From positions 1 to 64,000 of IMG/VR virus record IMGVR_UViG_3300032004_000002: a stretch of DNA of 64,000 bases. One strand, given 5' to 3'. Positions 63,974 to 64,000 of this stretch are shown in pieces. The position numbers and the translations under genes were made by a program. A model generated the notes under the pieces. That model made no database searches. It saw only the letters and a program-made list of their open reading frames with translations, and was not told the origin of the DNA. This DNA is from a virus. Taxonomy: Duplodnaviria; Caudoviricetes. The first letter of the stretch is position 1; the number at the start of each line of letters is the position of its first letter.

Positions 63974-64000
63974 CTTTAATTGAATTGATCGAGAAACGTC

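Noticed and set aside
1-64000. Integrase, repressor, IS elements, reverse transcriptase/DGR
   Set aside because: No motifs for these were found in the ORF set; no template/variable repeat pair was seen near the tail fibres.

Overview
A 64 kb segment of a lytic contractile-tailed dsDNA phage (myovirus), AT-rich for the presumed host. Gene order and products resemble Pseudomonas myoviruses of the PAK_P1/KPP10/phiPMW type; this is an inference from memory, not a database result. 1-28.6 kb (minus strand): lysis cassette, tailspike and tail fibre, baseplate, tape measure, tail chaperones with a -1 frameshift, tube, sheath, neck, major capsid, portal and large terminase, with two homing-endonuclease insertions. 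27.8-29.3 kb: an RNA-rich locus with a ~370 nt highly structured intergenic element, four abutting hairpins, a non-canonical tRNA-Tyr and decayed tRNA-like elements. 29.9-31.3 kb: a compact PolA/T7-RNAP-superfamily polymerase-like gene. 31.5-64 kb: blocks of small early/middle genes set up by two near-twin divergent sigma70 promoter pairs (31.4 and 60.6 kb) and converging on a non-coding region at 46.2-47.1 kb. These blocks include PhoH, a ClpP-like peptidase, a C5 DNA methyltransferase, dCMP deaminase, a minimal nucleotidyltransferase and two more HNH genes. No CRISPR array, integrase or IS element was seen. The best candidates for undescribed biology are the minimal polymerase, the adjacent ncRNA locus, a thrice-repeated 15-bp DNA motif and several RNA regulatory elements. 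All structures and motif matches were found by eye.
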